Notes under the pieces: generated by a model | What the model was told of the DNA's origin: nothing | Databases searched by the model: none | What the model saw: the letters and a program-made list of their open reading frames with translations, nothing else | Made by a program: the position numbers and the translations under genes | Virus record (IMG/VR): IMGVR_UViG_3300020202_000062 | Location: 64,001 to 128,000 of that record | Length of the DNA stretch: 64,000 bases | DNA from: a virus | Reading direction: 5' to 3' (one strand) | Shown: piece after piece, positions 55,001-64,000 of the stretch | How positions within the stretch are numbered: position 1 is the first letter of the stretch | How the letters are laid out: every line of letters begins with the position of its first letter

Positions 55001-58000
55001 GATCTACCAGATGAATCAATGCCAGTGATACCTGAAGAAGCAAGGCTTGTTACTGGACCCAATTTAGAGTTGTCGTCAACGAAACCAACCCAAATGTTTG
55101 TGTCGCCGTTCTTGATCCCTAACACTTCAGCAACATCGGGAGATACACCAATGTGGTGACCTGTACTTGGGCTCGGTCCTTTATCTCCAGGAGTACAGAC
55201 ACATGCTCTGCCATTGTTAGCATTGAATACAAGGATTCTTGATCCCTTCAATTCATCACGCTTCACATGTGCACTATCCCAGTACATATTCATGTACCAA
55301 CGCTCTGACTCTGGATCTAGAACGCCAAAGAATCCAGTTCGACCCGGCCAATCCGGATTGTCACCTTCCTTAATCGTGCCGCCCTCTGAGTATTCATTAT
55401 TCCCGTGAACACCACCCACACCACCTTGTTGACCCCTTGCCGAGCCATCGGAAGACCGGTCCATATAGAATGGATGACGCTTCTCTGGAGGTAGTGTCGA
55501 TGATTGCTGATGTTGCTTCATGTCTTCCTCTAGGCTGCTGCTAGTTGGAAGATGCATCTCTTCTACAATGCTTCCTGTTCTATGGGGCAGCAAGACTTTT
55601 TTGGTAGATTCATCTCTATAAAGTGGAAGAGTCTTAAATTCTCTCAGCGCCCAATCCGGAACATCTACTGATCCATTTGGCTGAACCTGCTGCATTGAGA
55701 ACGGATGCGATTTCTCTAGATTCTCATAAAACTGCATTTCATTCTTAAGATCCGCTAGAGGGTTAGCGAGGCCTGCCGCATTTTGCAGCATTCGCTCCAA
55801 CTCTTCATTAGAATCCTCGACCTTTAGGGTTGAACTCTTAGGAATACCTGTAGTCAAAGGGATTACACCCGAGGTATACAGCCAATGTGGCTTGCCATAG
55901 AATACTGTTGAGCGATCTTCAAATGGTCGAACTGCAACTATGTAGTTTGGTAGAAGTGCTGCACAGAGTCTAAATAAGTCCCATACGGACTTCATGTATG
56001 TCTGAGCACGGAATGATACTTCATCAAATCCATTGACATCATCGTCACTATTCGTCAAACCAAGAGCCTTCATGAATGGGTGGTTCTCGCGGCGTGATCG
56101 TACAGCCTCGAAGATTCGAGGATCAGTTGCGGTATTAATGTCCCCTCCGTCTAGGGCGACAGCAACTTCATTCGGATCAAGACCAGAATTACGAAGTGCT
56201 CGCGCATCATCATCCTCACCAGAACTTTGGACATCTGCTATAGTGGCATTCGCTTGTGCTTGTGCGCTTAATCCGTCAAAAACTCTAGTCTCTTGAGGTG
56301 TCTTTGAGTTGCGACCCTCATGCGTAGCGGCCATGGTTAAAGCGCCGTCCATTAGGTCGCCACCCAAGTACTGAGCAACGCCCAATCCGTTTCCTGGATA
56401 GATATTTCTCTTGAATAGTTCGTAGTCTCTGCGATTTACAAAGTTAGCCCACATATTCTGCATCAGATCGATAGCAGGTGAGCGGATCCCCTCTCCAGCG
56501 AGAGATGAGAAAAGTGTCCCGGTTCCATCCCCACCGGATGCAAAGAAGCTTGTTAGGCCACCAAAGGCTTCACCTAGGCTACTTACGGGATCATTGCCTT
56601 CTAAATCTCCTGTAAACTGTTGTAGGTTATTCTTTACAATCTCGTATCTGTCAGCGTGTCGCTTTTCTTCTCCATCTGACATTGGCTCGTAAAGGATGTG
56701 CCCAAAGTGACGGATTCCGAATCGGCTCTCTGAGAAGATCTGACCTTTGAACGCATGAGCGATCTGCTCTTTAACTCCACTTGCTCCCATAGACAGAAGT
56801 CGCACCATAAGATCTCTTGGCTCAGATAGCCACATAGATCCCATGAAGCCTTCGTTCATATCTCCGGAATGCCCCTTCTTATCAGTAGTGTTGATAATAG
56901 GGCTTAGTTCAATAGCGTCTGACTGGCAAGTGATCGTGATGATGTCGCCAGTTTCAACAGTTGTTACGACGCCGTTAAATACGGTTGGTAGTGCGTTTGG
57001 ATTGGCACTATATCCCATACGTAAGTGAACCCTAACACCAGGCTTAAGTCTGATATTTTCAATCTCAACAATATGAGAATCTACTGTACCGCTCATTAGG
57101 TTGCGGCCTGCGTCACGGATGGTGTCGATGACGGCTAGGGCCATATCTGGCTCTTCCTCATCGGTGAGACGCGTGTCAGTCTTCCCGTTGATTACGGCCT
57201 TGTATTCCGAAGATAGTTTGGAGTATAGGTTAGAGACTCTAAGGATCAAAGTATCGCCTAAGATGTCTTCGGACTGAACTATCGAAAAGTCAATAACGGA
57301 CTGTAGCCCGTAGAAATTGTCGAACAACTTAACGCCAGTGAAGTATCCACCCTCATCAATTAGCCACAACATATAAGTTGGGAAGGCTCGAACCATACGA
57401 CCAGACAAGTCACGGTACTGTGCATCCTGCATCATTAGATGGAACTGATGGTTGGGATTAGCTGTACCCTTGTCTTCGTAAGGGTGACCATAAGATGCAA
57501 ATGGTGCTGTATCGGCGGTTGGTGTAGTTGGTTCAACTTGAACTCTTGATGCAATGTCATCATCTACATTGATTCCACGAGCAGCCCATTCGGTCTGTCC
57601 AGTGTCGATATCTTCTTTTCCGAAAGCCCAGCCGTAGTCATCCAACTCAATAATGGAGTTGGACTTCATATCCTTATCATATACACCAAGGTTCAACTTG
57701 TACTTGTGGCTGTAACCTTCTGCTGTGCGATCCTGGATGGTCGCTACTTCTCCCAGACCTAGATCGAGTTCCCTAGTTAAATGGCTGACTGACGGAGTGT
57801 AGTCCTCAATTGGTGTGGTCTTGTTTGAATCCTCGACACCAAGGTAGTTAGCCAAAGCCTCATATCCGGTTGTTGCTTCTTTTCTTTGCAGCGATCCCTG
57901 AACGATATCGTCATCAATGGTCTGAAAAGCGTGGAAGTAATAGTCTGGGTCCAGGTGCCCTACAATCTTTCCATCTTCGTCTTTCACAGACAGAGGGAAA

Positions 58001-60414
58001 TCTGGGTATGCATTAAAGGCACCCCAGAGTTGCTTGATTCTTAGGAATGGGTTTCTCTTGCCGAAAGCCTCAACCAGTTCCTTCTGTTGCTCGCTGGACA
58101 ACTGCTCACGCATCTGCTGCTTTACATCAAAATCTGTAAATGAAAGCCTTACACTGTAGACGCGTGGGAATCCTGGGATTGTATCCACTTCGAATGCTAG
58201 AGGTAGAACATACTTGATTCCTGCAAGTGCAGTTAGAACATTCTTAACGCCCATGAATCCGAGCACTCCGTGTGCGTGCTCTAGTCGGGCTAGGTTATTG
58301 ACGTGGTTGTACGCTTGCTTAAGACGTATAAGTTCTTCCTCACCAAAGACAGTCATGGAGACATCGATACGTGAGTCGCGGCCACCAATATGCTGATGAA
58401 CTGGTTCTTCCTGCATCTGTAACTGGAGCCTTGCAATATTGTTAGCAATAGTTACGCTCACGCCATTGACGATTACCTTAGACCAGTCAATGGGGAGACG
58501 AGCCATAGGAACTTCCCATTCACGGATCGTTAGGTGGGAGTCTTTGAACATTGCATCTTCAAGGTACGCCTGGAAGTAAGGTGTAGTCTTGTAATTATTG
58601 AAGATGTAGTCAAACCAATATAGAGCGGCTTCTAGGTTTAGCTTGTCAATAGCCGCATCTGTCAGTGAACTTCCAGTTCCTAGGACCGAAAGATTCCTAT
58701 AAAAGCCCTGCCACTCGGCCATCTTCTCTAGTGACATTGCAGAAGGGTTGCCATAAAGTGAATTATCACGAAGGTAATTGTGTAGAACACTCCTAGTACT
58801 TGATAACTCAGAAGCGGAGATCCTCTGACTAAATGAAGAGAGGGTATCAAATCCTAATTCCTCCCATACGTAACCAGGGGCGGTGTCTACGTCAATATTC
58901 ATAGCACCTAAGAATGACTCCCACCAAGACTTCTCACGAACGGCATCAAAGTCTTCGTTCTCACCTGGTTGCCTGAAGTTGGCTAAGTCAGGGCCGAAAA
59001 CCTGAAGAGGAGTCTTGATTGGGTAGTAGATGTTGAAGTTTTTACCATCTAGCCATTCTTGCTTCTTGTTAAAACTTGTTGGGATCTCATGTTCATAAGC
59101 AGGCACGGTCTGCATTGCGTCTTCTGGATTGTTTGGGTCGATCTTCTCAACCATACTATCTTGACGCTCACTGAATATGCCGTACTCTCCATAGTATGAG
59201 ACTTCCTTCTCAATAAGGAATCCCTGAGTAGCAGAGGCGGCCAATTGCTTTGCTGCACGACCCATATACTGACGGTACTTACCCCAGTGAATAGCGTTAT
59301 TGAAGTCGTGAATCATAGGCAAATATGCCTTATGGTTAAACTTCAGTAGATTTAGGTTTACGGCGACACAGAATGGGAAGTCTTCAACCGTTGAGATTGT
59401 CATGCTCTGAAGCACGACTCCGGTAATGTCCCATGTCTGGTTGAGGTACTGGTTCTTTATAGGTAGGAATGGAGCATACTTAAACTGAGCAACAAGGCCA
59501 CGCAGTGACGACAGGAACCTATCTACCTCTTCCTCATTGCCATCCGCGTCGAAATTGATGTCAATCTTCTCTCCATCTGAACTATCTAAGAATGAGGTTG
59601 CATCCATGTCCCCACCCCAGATTGATTCTTGGTTTGGGAAGTACAAGGTCATAGTGATCATGGTCTCGCTGTGGCCACTATTGAACTTGGGCGCAATCTG
59701 CTGCCTTAGAGCACCGCCCGTTAAGCTTCCTGCTCGTCCCTGCTGGCTAACATTGATGTTTAGCGGCGGGACCACAAACCTAGACGCACCGATCCTGCAC
59801 TCCCATGGGAAAACTGGTAGTGGTGCTACGTTCTCTCGGATATGCTCATTGAAGATTTCGCCCAGGCGAACCTGAGTATCCAAATATCCAAATGCCATCT
59901 CAAACCCAGAGGCGCTGTCACTACCACGACTGAACGCATCTGCGATTTGGTCTAAGATATATTCGCTACGGTTCTCTCCCTCCGGGACTTCCAGGTGTGT
60001 CTGGTTGTACCATATGGTATACGCGGTCCAGAGTTCTTCGGTTAGGGGGAACCACTTGTATAGCTTTTTCTTGAAGGCGTGTGCGTTCGAGTCAGAGTAA
60101 TTGCCGAGCCTATTCAACCAAACCAAGTGTTGTTGGGTGGGATTCCCGGCTCGCACTGCCGAAAGAACCGTTTCTAGGTTCTTGATAAGATCCTCAAGTC
60201 CATGATCTACAATGACGCGAATGAGTGCTTCTTTTTCTGCTCTCTGGGCGTCGTTATCGAAGTCCACGCCCTGGAAGAGAAGTTCGTCTGAATAGGCTTG
60301 TTCGACGGCTTCGTCAAACTCCTCTGGCGTGGTAGCCGCCCAGAGGTCCTGTTCTTCTTCGTAACTTAAGCCATCTCCGTCACCGTATAGGCTCATTCCG
60401 CCAGATTCAGACAT
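52036..60414 (-). CDS. giant baseplate-hub protein with RlpA-like DPBB, glycine zipper and C-terminal thermonuclease (2792 aa)
   Basis: Hub motifs LRMGY...VFNGVV and GNPDIRP...FEVEQVVHHF...GFIT; NNGRACV...DKGP...VSPDVAEVLG; DGDT...RLTGINTAE...RLLA...N..MVMSGLA. Confidence 0.75.
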   Translation of the reverse strand: MSESGGMSLYGDGDGLSYEEEQDLWAATTPEEFDEAVEQAYSDELLFQGVDFDNDAQRAEKEALIRVIVDHGLEDLIKNLETVLSAVRAGNPTQQHLVWLNRLGNYSDSNAHAFKKKLYKWFPLTEELWTAYTIWYNQTHLEVPEGENRSEYILDQIADAFSRGSDSASGFEMAFGYLDTQVRLGEIFNEHIRENVAPLPVFPWECRIGASRFVVPPLNINVSQQGRAGSLTGGALRQQIAPKFNSGHSETMITMTLYFPNQESIWGGDMDATSFLDSSDGEKIDINFDADGNEEEVDRFLSSLRGLVAQFKYAPFLPIKNQYLNQTWDITGVVLQSMTISTVEDFPFCVAVNLNLLKFNHKAYLPMIHDFNNAIHWGKYRQYMGRAAKQLAASATQGFLIEKEVSYYGEYGIFSERQDSMVEKIDPNNPEDAMQTVPAYEHEIPTSFNKKQEWLDGKNFNIYYPIKTPLQVFGPDLANFRQPGENEDFDAVREKSWWESFLGAMNIDVDTAPGYVWEELGFDTLSSFSQRISASELSSTRSVLHNYLRDNSLYGNPSAMSLEKMAEWQGFYRNLSVLGTGSSLTDAAIDKLNLEAALYWFDYIFNNYKTTPYFQAYLEDAMFKDSHLTIREWEVPMARLPIDWSKVIVNGVSVTIANNIARLQLQMQEEPVHQHIGGRDSRIDVSMTVFGEEELIRLKQAYNHVNNLARLEHAHGVLGFMGVKNVLTALAGIKYVLPLAFEVDTIPGFPRVYSVRLSFTDFDVKQQMREQLSSEQQKELVEAFGKRNPFLRIKQLWGAFNAYPDFPLSVKDEDGKIVGHLDPDYYFHAFQTIDDDIVQGSLQRKEATTGYEALANYLGVEDSNKTTPIEDYTPSVSHLTRELDLGLGEVATIQDRTAEGYSHKYKLNLGVYDKDMKSNSIIELDDYGWAFGKEDIDTGQTEWAARGINVDDDIASRVQVEPTTPTADTAPFASYGHPYEDKGTANPNHQFHLMMQDAQYRDLSGRMVRAFPTYMLWLIDEGGYFTGVKLFDNFYGLQSVIDFSIVQSEDILGDTLILRVSNLYSKLSSEYKAVINGKTDTRLTDEEEPDMALAVIDTIRDAGRNLMSGTVDSHIVEIENIRLKPGVRVHLRMGYSANPNALPTVFNGVVTTVETGDIITITCQSDAIELSPIINTTDKKGHSGDMNEGFMGSMWLSEPRDLMVRLLSMGASGVKEQIAHAFKGQIFSESRFGIRHFGHILYEPMSDGEEKRHADRYEIVKNNLQQFTGDLEGNDPVSSLGEAFGGLTSFFASGGDGTGTLFSSLAGEGIRSPAIDLMQNMWANFVNRRDYELFKRNIYPGNGLGVAQYLGGDLMDGALTMAATHEGRNSKTPQETRVFDGLSAQAQANATIADVQSSGEDDDARALRNSGLDPNEVAVALDGGDINTATDPRIFEAVRSRRENHPFMKALGLTNSDDDVNGFDEVSFRAQTYMKSVWDLFRLCAALLPNYIVAVRPFEDRSTVFYGKPHWLYTSGVIPLTTGIPKSSTLKVEDSNEELERMLQNAAGLANPLADLKNEMQFYENLEKSHPFSMQQVQPNGSVDVPDWALREFKTLPLYRDESTKKVLLPHRTGSIVEEMHLPTSSSLEEDMKQHQQSSTLPPEKRHPFYMDRSSDGSARGQQGGVGGVHGNNEYSEGGTIKEGDNPDWPGRTGFFGVLDPESERWYMNMYWDSAHVKRDELKGSRILVFNANNGRACVCTPGDKGPSPSTGHHIGVSPDVAEVLGIKNGDTNIWVGFVDDNSKLGPVTSLASSGITGIDSSGRSPGMRNADREGGQEAIADSSDEEIELEESSDGNTYSDGTFDWFDEERADSAGLYEFEQGGLEENVPVYINRGSGLYQDDKTQNIGYLARLLYDEEFAERENSTARLIGKRTVDEAEEIWDQFRKEFQDYDSVEGEWEKITLENHEDNEDLYGEYIEEFKKWLWQDPWRRAWVVVVVSRKVDKGQLFTDNSIEALGDTGELFDFTPDAIFGGEGWKFNRVEKLWKEYMRIKHSTVEPMPISAFEQELKAWMEQNASEGDEADSLLGAALEDIDQALDATIGKLLTAVSAGLSGLVSMFRMSMMTMGQGLNMVGSMQKQANLLNKVFNDSIYFKAGEEGSILRLADNPFTREYGEPVVEVREPFQRMHYINSFQHIISNQIEENSNVATVVTATSDGKYPVTVHMDKGAPPERQTEIAVETGLFWDNAKGSGILGFLHPLLHPIETARSIAKVTTGSADEMLSKRVALWHLKENLKDIYSGEIILLGNPDIRPHDLIYIADIYERCYGMFEVEQVVHHFTPDQGFITSVTPNAIVTINDPARWSMISWIWSWWAVKNMRDDVRQIIDKTQDAESYFVSEKITSRNLAEVMRTQMYGHLQYTQGSSALVKDLASASQMGLVNVGALGNQGGGLAEALLPMAATGLAPVVGAGAGFLLGGGPAGAVIGGVGGLAAGDLAWDAWKWVRDNLLDQHGCYIQYLNKDGKPMDAGLSYAQGVAVGRHHSINLLPGILGVRVNTQDQHGNSFIRSDDLLSALGWKPIDITRLVREVSWWNAQTQVKIMEMAGRTPDEIALNKPEVEIGTVVDIEDGDTIDVETEHGRVTVRLTGINTAELQIHDRDVYELDYDAITGENMPFQDPQDEGISSNRNSARSVLATAYLKKILIDDPKAAGYEPTVALRYNRYNKYDSTDSARLLAVVFHNVPQGTPPGDRDTVLRGLAEKHPLIAWDSYMEDSRPYTANWAMVMSGLATIYFKDLLTNDTERGADAYKD

Positions 60415-60428
60415 TTACATCTCCACAC

Positions 60429-60836
60429 TTAAAACAATCTATTGAGGCGCATTGCCTTCTTTAGTCTCATCATAGAACTATTAGGAGTGCTACGATAAGT
60501 GTAATCAAAAACATTCTTACTTATTGTACCTACTCTGTTGACCGGATTGCTAGTCTGAACCCCCAACTTAGTAGGTATTCTCATGCCGCGAGCCTTTTGC
60601 GCTCCTTTGGCCAGATAGCCTGAGTCGTTCATTTGGATGGGTGCTGACGACCCATGCATGTAACCTTCCCAAGAACCGCCTCGCTTACTAGGTGCACTAG
60701 TAACCGAAGATCTCCTATTCTGACCTAAGGAAACTTTGACGGCTTCTCTTCTTTCTGCGACGTTATCATTTGCGACATTTCGCTTACCAACAGCCGCTTT
60801 GTACTTTGAGTGCTGGTCGTTTATTGATCCGCTCAT
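60429..60836 (-). CDS. basic hypothetical protein (135 aa)
   Basis: ATGA overlap with the upstream gene; Arg/Lys/Ser-rich. Confidence 0.7.
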   Translation of the reverse strand: MSGSINDQHSKYKAAVGKRNVANDNVAERREAVKVSLGQNRRSSVTSAPSKRGGSWEGYMHGSSAPIQMNDSGYLAKGAQKARGMRIPTKLGVQTSNPVNRVGTISKNVFDYTYRSTPNSSMMRLKKAMRLNRLF

Positions 60837-63800
60837 GGCCTATAGTCCTGATCGATGATACTGAAGATGTCTTCAAATCCTGGAGACGCATTATACATTG
60901 AGCCTGTTGCTGGTGCACCAGTCAGCATCTCTGCTTGAAGTAGTAAAGTATCTGAGTGAACATTACCGCCACTTCCCCTTACCCTATATGTCACACCCTG
61001 TCCACTAGAAGAACCACGAGAGTATCCCATGTCTGGCATTGGGTCGGTGTACATTCCTTCGTAGAAAGATCCACCAGGAAGGAAGTCTGGCCCAGAAGCA
61101 TCCTCTGGGGTGACATCCTTTTGAGACTGGAACAAGAAACTGAAGCCAATAAGACCAGCCGCTATCATTGCGCCGCGATTTACCGCTTTCACATCCCACA
61201 CTTTCCAAAGTTCATCCTTGCTGATCCTTGTAAGGTCTTTCATCTTTCTTGCAGCACCAGTTGCCATGGACTTAACAGCAGCCTTCTTCGCACCAGGGAC
61301 GTATCCTTCTGGTAAGAAATCTCCAACACTAATCTCTTTAGCGTGCATTCTACGAAGGTGCTTTAGCTGATCTCTTGTGAGTCCTGGGAAATGAGTCTCG
61401 TGAATCTTCTTTAAGTTGCCCCCTGTCAACATTCTGGCTGTAGCGACGTTTGTTAGGTCGGCCATATTTGCAGCCTTCCCTGTGCGCCCCATTAGAACGT
61501 TCCAATCTCTACCCTCATTGTGAGTAATCTGCATAAGCGCACCAATAACGCGGAATGCCTTGTTTCCTGCCTTGCCGTCTTCAAAGTTCTCAGCCATAGC
61601 AATAGCCGCAGCGCGATGTGCCGATCGGAATGGGTCTTGTTTATGAGCCATCAATTCCAACAAGTCGCCAGGGGTATCTGTTATCTGATCTCCCATTGCT
61701 TCGTCAAATGCGCTCAGAACCCTTTGGGCCGATTCTATTTCCTCTGGTGTATAAACACCCTCAATAGCCTCTTTGATCCAAGGTGTCTTTGCTACTTCTT
61801 TCCTTGCGATTTCTTTCGCTGCCTCGATTTGGAGTTGTCGTGCGTGCACTGCTCTAGACCATATTGCTCTTTCATCTTCTCTCCCCAGCAAATACGCACT
61901 AAGGTCATGGTCTTCGGGGCTCAACCCCAACCTTGCAGCAGCATCAGCCAACCCGGCTGCAACGTTTGCCTTGTTCTTTAGCCTTTGCTCTACTAGCAAT
62001 TGATCTAAGCCTATGTCGATACCTTTAGCCCTAGCCACAGCCAACAATTCGCCTAGTGCACGCTCGATCCTTGGCATTTCTGTGTTCTCAAGTTTTGCTA
62101 CTGCTCTTGGATCTGGGTTAATGACAGCGTCAATGATTGACTCAGTGTCTAGTTTCAATAAGGGGTTTGCGTACTTACCCTTCTTCGGTATGGTTGCTAG
62201 TTGATCTCCGAACTGATTGTTAAGGTAATAGACCAACATATGGACGTTCTCAAGCATACCGAGAATAGGCTTCGCTTGAGCCATTCTCTCCGCTACTACC
62301 ATTTGCTGGCGTCCCAACCTAATACCGCTAACATCCATGATTTTCTTTTTCAACTCAAATGGAGCAATTGTAAGAGCGCGATCTAGTTGACTTAACTTGT
62401 CCTCACGTCTAAGACTCATGAACTCATTTATGTCATCTATTCTTCGTATGTGCTCCTTTATAAGGTTGCGCTTCTCTATGCGCGCCTTTTGCCATGCCCT
62501 TTTAGCAGAGGCATCAATGAGATGTATTCCATCCGCTGAATGAAATAGCATGGTTTCATGTAAGTTTTGCAACTGTGCGGCAACTGTGTCCATGCCCTTC
62601 AGTTTGAATACGTGCTTAAGCGTGTCAATATCATCTTCGGCAATATTGAACACTCCAAACTCACCTGCTGCTGTAGGTGAACGGAACGATAGCAGTTTAA
62701 GATTGTATCCGCCTTTACCTTTGTTGTCCCAGACTAATCTACCAGTTAAAGCGTCGTCTAAGTCCCATCCACCGAAGGAGTGGTAAAACTCATTTGGAAT
62801 ATTCTGCTCTAGGATCCATCCAATATTCGGTCGGAAAGTAACTTGATTTTTGGCGAGCCGCAAAGGCTTATCCAGTAATCCAGACTGGTTGACAGTATGC
62901 TGGTCGATAATGTATCCGCGCATAGCATCAGGCACTTCGGCTCTGAATATAGGATTACCGTATCTATCCTTCGACTCCATCCATGCTACGTACGAATCCA
63001 GAATGGCTTTCTTCAGCACTGGGCTGGTTCTCGCGTCCAGTCCCTGATCTACATAATCGATTACAGACCTAGCATATGATTGCTTTTCTAGAAACTCATC
63101 TGTAGACATATTGCTTGGCTTTTCGCGCTCTAGGATTTCACGTAAAGACTCAATAAAGGCTTCAACCTTACCGTGCGTTCCACTGCCATTAAGATCTTCA
63201 ATGAATCTCTGGAACTGCGTATCATTGTACTCAAGGATGTTATTTACATCGTACAAATTACGATGGGCCATCATTGACTGGATGTCTGAGAATACGATTC
63301 CCTTACTAGACTTACGTGCATCTAAAGAGATCCATCCGTTCATGTGGTCAGCAAAGCTTAACTGCTTTGTGATTCCGCTTTCGTGAACAACGATATCGGA
63401 ACCAAAAAACTTACCACCCTTAGCAAAGGCTGCCTTTGATCCAATAAGGACGTTTCCCTTGATTTGACCCTTACCAACATTAAGACCCATTGCACGCATG
63501 TTAAATACGCCGCCCTCGTTGATGGCTTTGTGTAATTGTTTGGCGGCAGCGTGCATCTTCTTTACTTCGCGTCTACCCTTGACGGCAGCAGCAGTTCTTT
63601 TTCCGGCTAACTTAATACCCTCTTCATCGGCTCTCTTCTTTAGGTTCTGAGCCATGGCACGAGCAACCTTAGGGTTGATAATAGCGATACCGTCCTTAGA
63701 CCTTAGAGCGGCTTCTTCTGTCATGCCGGGGAACATACTGCTAAGATCATTCCATGCAGCAGTGTTTACCTTAAGTTTCCTATCAAGAGAAGTGGCGTAG

Positions 63801-64000
63801 CCACGCTCACTGAAAAGTGCCTTAAGTCGCTTAGAAGACCTGGCAAAGTCTTTGGTGTTATCAACATCCATTTCTAGACCTAGGGCCTTCATGGCACTTT
63901 GGGTGTCTAGTTCCTTACCGCCCTTAAATACGCGTACGACAGTATTCACATCTTGATCAGTAACGTGAATACCATAAACCTTGTTGCCCTTAGTGAACCT
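60833..64000 (-). CDS. large protein with two-barrel (YonO/RdRP-like) RNA polymerase core; 5' end outside the window
   Basis: Frame is open to base 64000. Motifs KDGIAIINP, FNMR...QIKG, IVVHESGITK, SFGGWDLDD, SFRSPT..GEF; hydrophobic segment near the C-terminus. Confidence 0.6.
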   Translation of the reverse strand, partial: RFTKGNKVYGIHVTDQDVNTVVRVFKGGKELDTQSAMKALGLEMDVDNTKDFARSSKRLKALFSERGYATSLDRKLKVNTAAWNDLSSMFPGMTEEAALRSKDGIAIINPKVARAMAQNLKKRADEEGIKLAGKRTAAAVKGRREVKKMHAAAKQLHKAINEGGVFNMRAMGLNVGKGQIKGNVLIGSKAAFAKGGKFFGSDIVVHESGITKQLSFADHMNGWISLDARKSSKGIVFSDIQSMMAHRNLYDVNNILEYNDTQFQRFIEDLNGSGTHGKVEAFIESLREILEREKPSNMSTDEFLEKQSYARSVIDYVDQGLDARTSPVLKKAILDSYVAWMESKDRYGNPIFRAEVPDAMRGYIIDQHTVNQSGLLDKPLRLAKNQVTFRPNIGWILEQNIPNEFYHSFGGWDLDDALTGRLVWDNKGKGGYNLKLLSFRSPTAAGEFGVFNIAEDDIDTLKHVFKLKGMDTVAAQLQNLHETMLFHSADGIHLIDASAKRAWQKARIEKRNLIKEHIRRIDDINEFMSLRREDKLSQLDRALTIAPFELKKKIMDVSGIRLGRQQMVVAERMAQAKPILGMLENVHMLVYYLNNQFGDQLATIPKKGKYANPLLKLDTESIIDAVINPDPRAVAKLENTEMPRIERALGELLAVARAKGIDIGLDQLLVEQRLKNKANVAAGLADAAARLGLSPEDHDLSAYLLGREDERAIWSRAVHARQLQIEAAKEIARKEVAKTPWIKEAIEGVYTPEEIESAQRVLSAFDEAMGDQITDTPGDLLELMAHKQDPFRSAHRAAAIAMAENFEDGKAGNKAFRVIGALMQITHNEGRDWNVLMGRTGKAANMADLTNVATARMLTGGNLKKIHETHFPGLTRDQLKHLRRMHAKEISVGDFLPEGYVPGAKKAAVKSMATGAARKMKDLTRISKDELWKVWDVKAVNRGAMIAAGLIGFSFLFQSQKDVTPEDASGPDFLPGGSFYEGMYTDPMPDMGYSRGSSSGQGVTYRVRGSGGNVHSDTLLLQAEMLTGAPATGSMYNASPGFEDIFSIIDQDYRP

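Noticed and set aside
338-63386. All plus-strand ORFs in the track
   Set aside because: Short, antisense to well-supported minus-strand genes, and without motifs; 19176-19382 is antisense to a better 54-aa membrane ORF.
1-64000. Stop-codon reassignment, inteins, introns, tRNAs
   Set aside because: Genes end cleanly at TAA/TAG/TGA under the standard code; DnaE, DnaB and NrdJ show no insertions; no cloverleaf was recognised in the few intergenic gaps.

Overview
64 kb of a large, contractile-tailed (myovirus-like) dsDNA phage genome at roughly 48-50% GC by eye. The host is plausibly an actinobacterium, inferred from the DnaE, FmdB, holin, NrdJ and ThyX types. Essentially all real genes are on the minus strand and tightly coupled (many TAATG/ATGA overlaps). 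In transcription order (right to left): a 5'-truncated giant protein with a two-barrel (YonO/RdRP-like) RNA polymerase core; a 2792-aa baseplate-hub protein carrying RlpA-like, glycine-zipper and thermonuclease domains; two CHAP proteins, a spike, wedge and baseplate J; large baseplate/fibre proteins; and holin-like genes. A sigma70-type promoter with a structured leader then precedes class II RNR, ThyX, dCMP deaminase, MazG, a DNA methyltransferase, six glycosyltransferase genes plus two FkbM methyltransferases, and the replication genes (DnaB, Cas4-like, HD, AEP primase, DnaE). The best candidate for a new system is virion O-glycosylation: one 1464-aa baseplate protein carries 16 dispersed Ala-Thr-Pro motifs (about 0.4 expected) encoded by varied codons, alongside the phage's own multi-enzyme glycan assembly cluster. 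No tRNAs, CRISPR arrays or mobile elements were recognised. All assignments come from motif reading without database searches.
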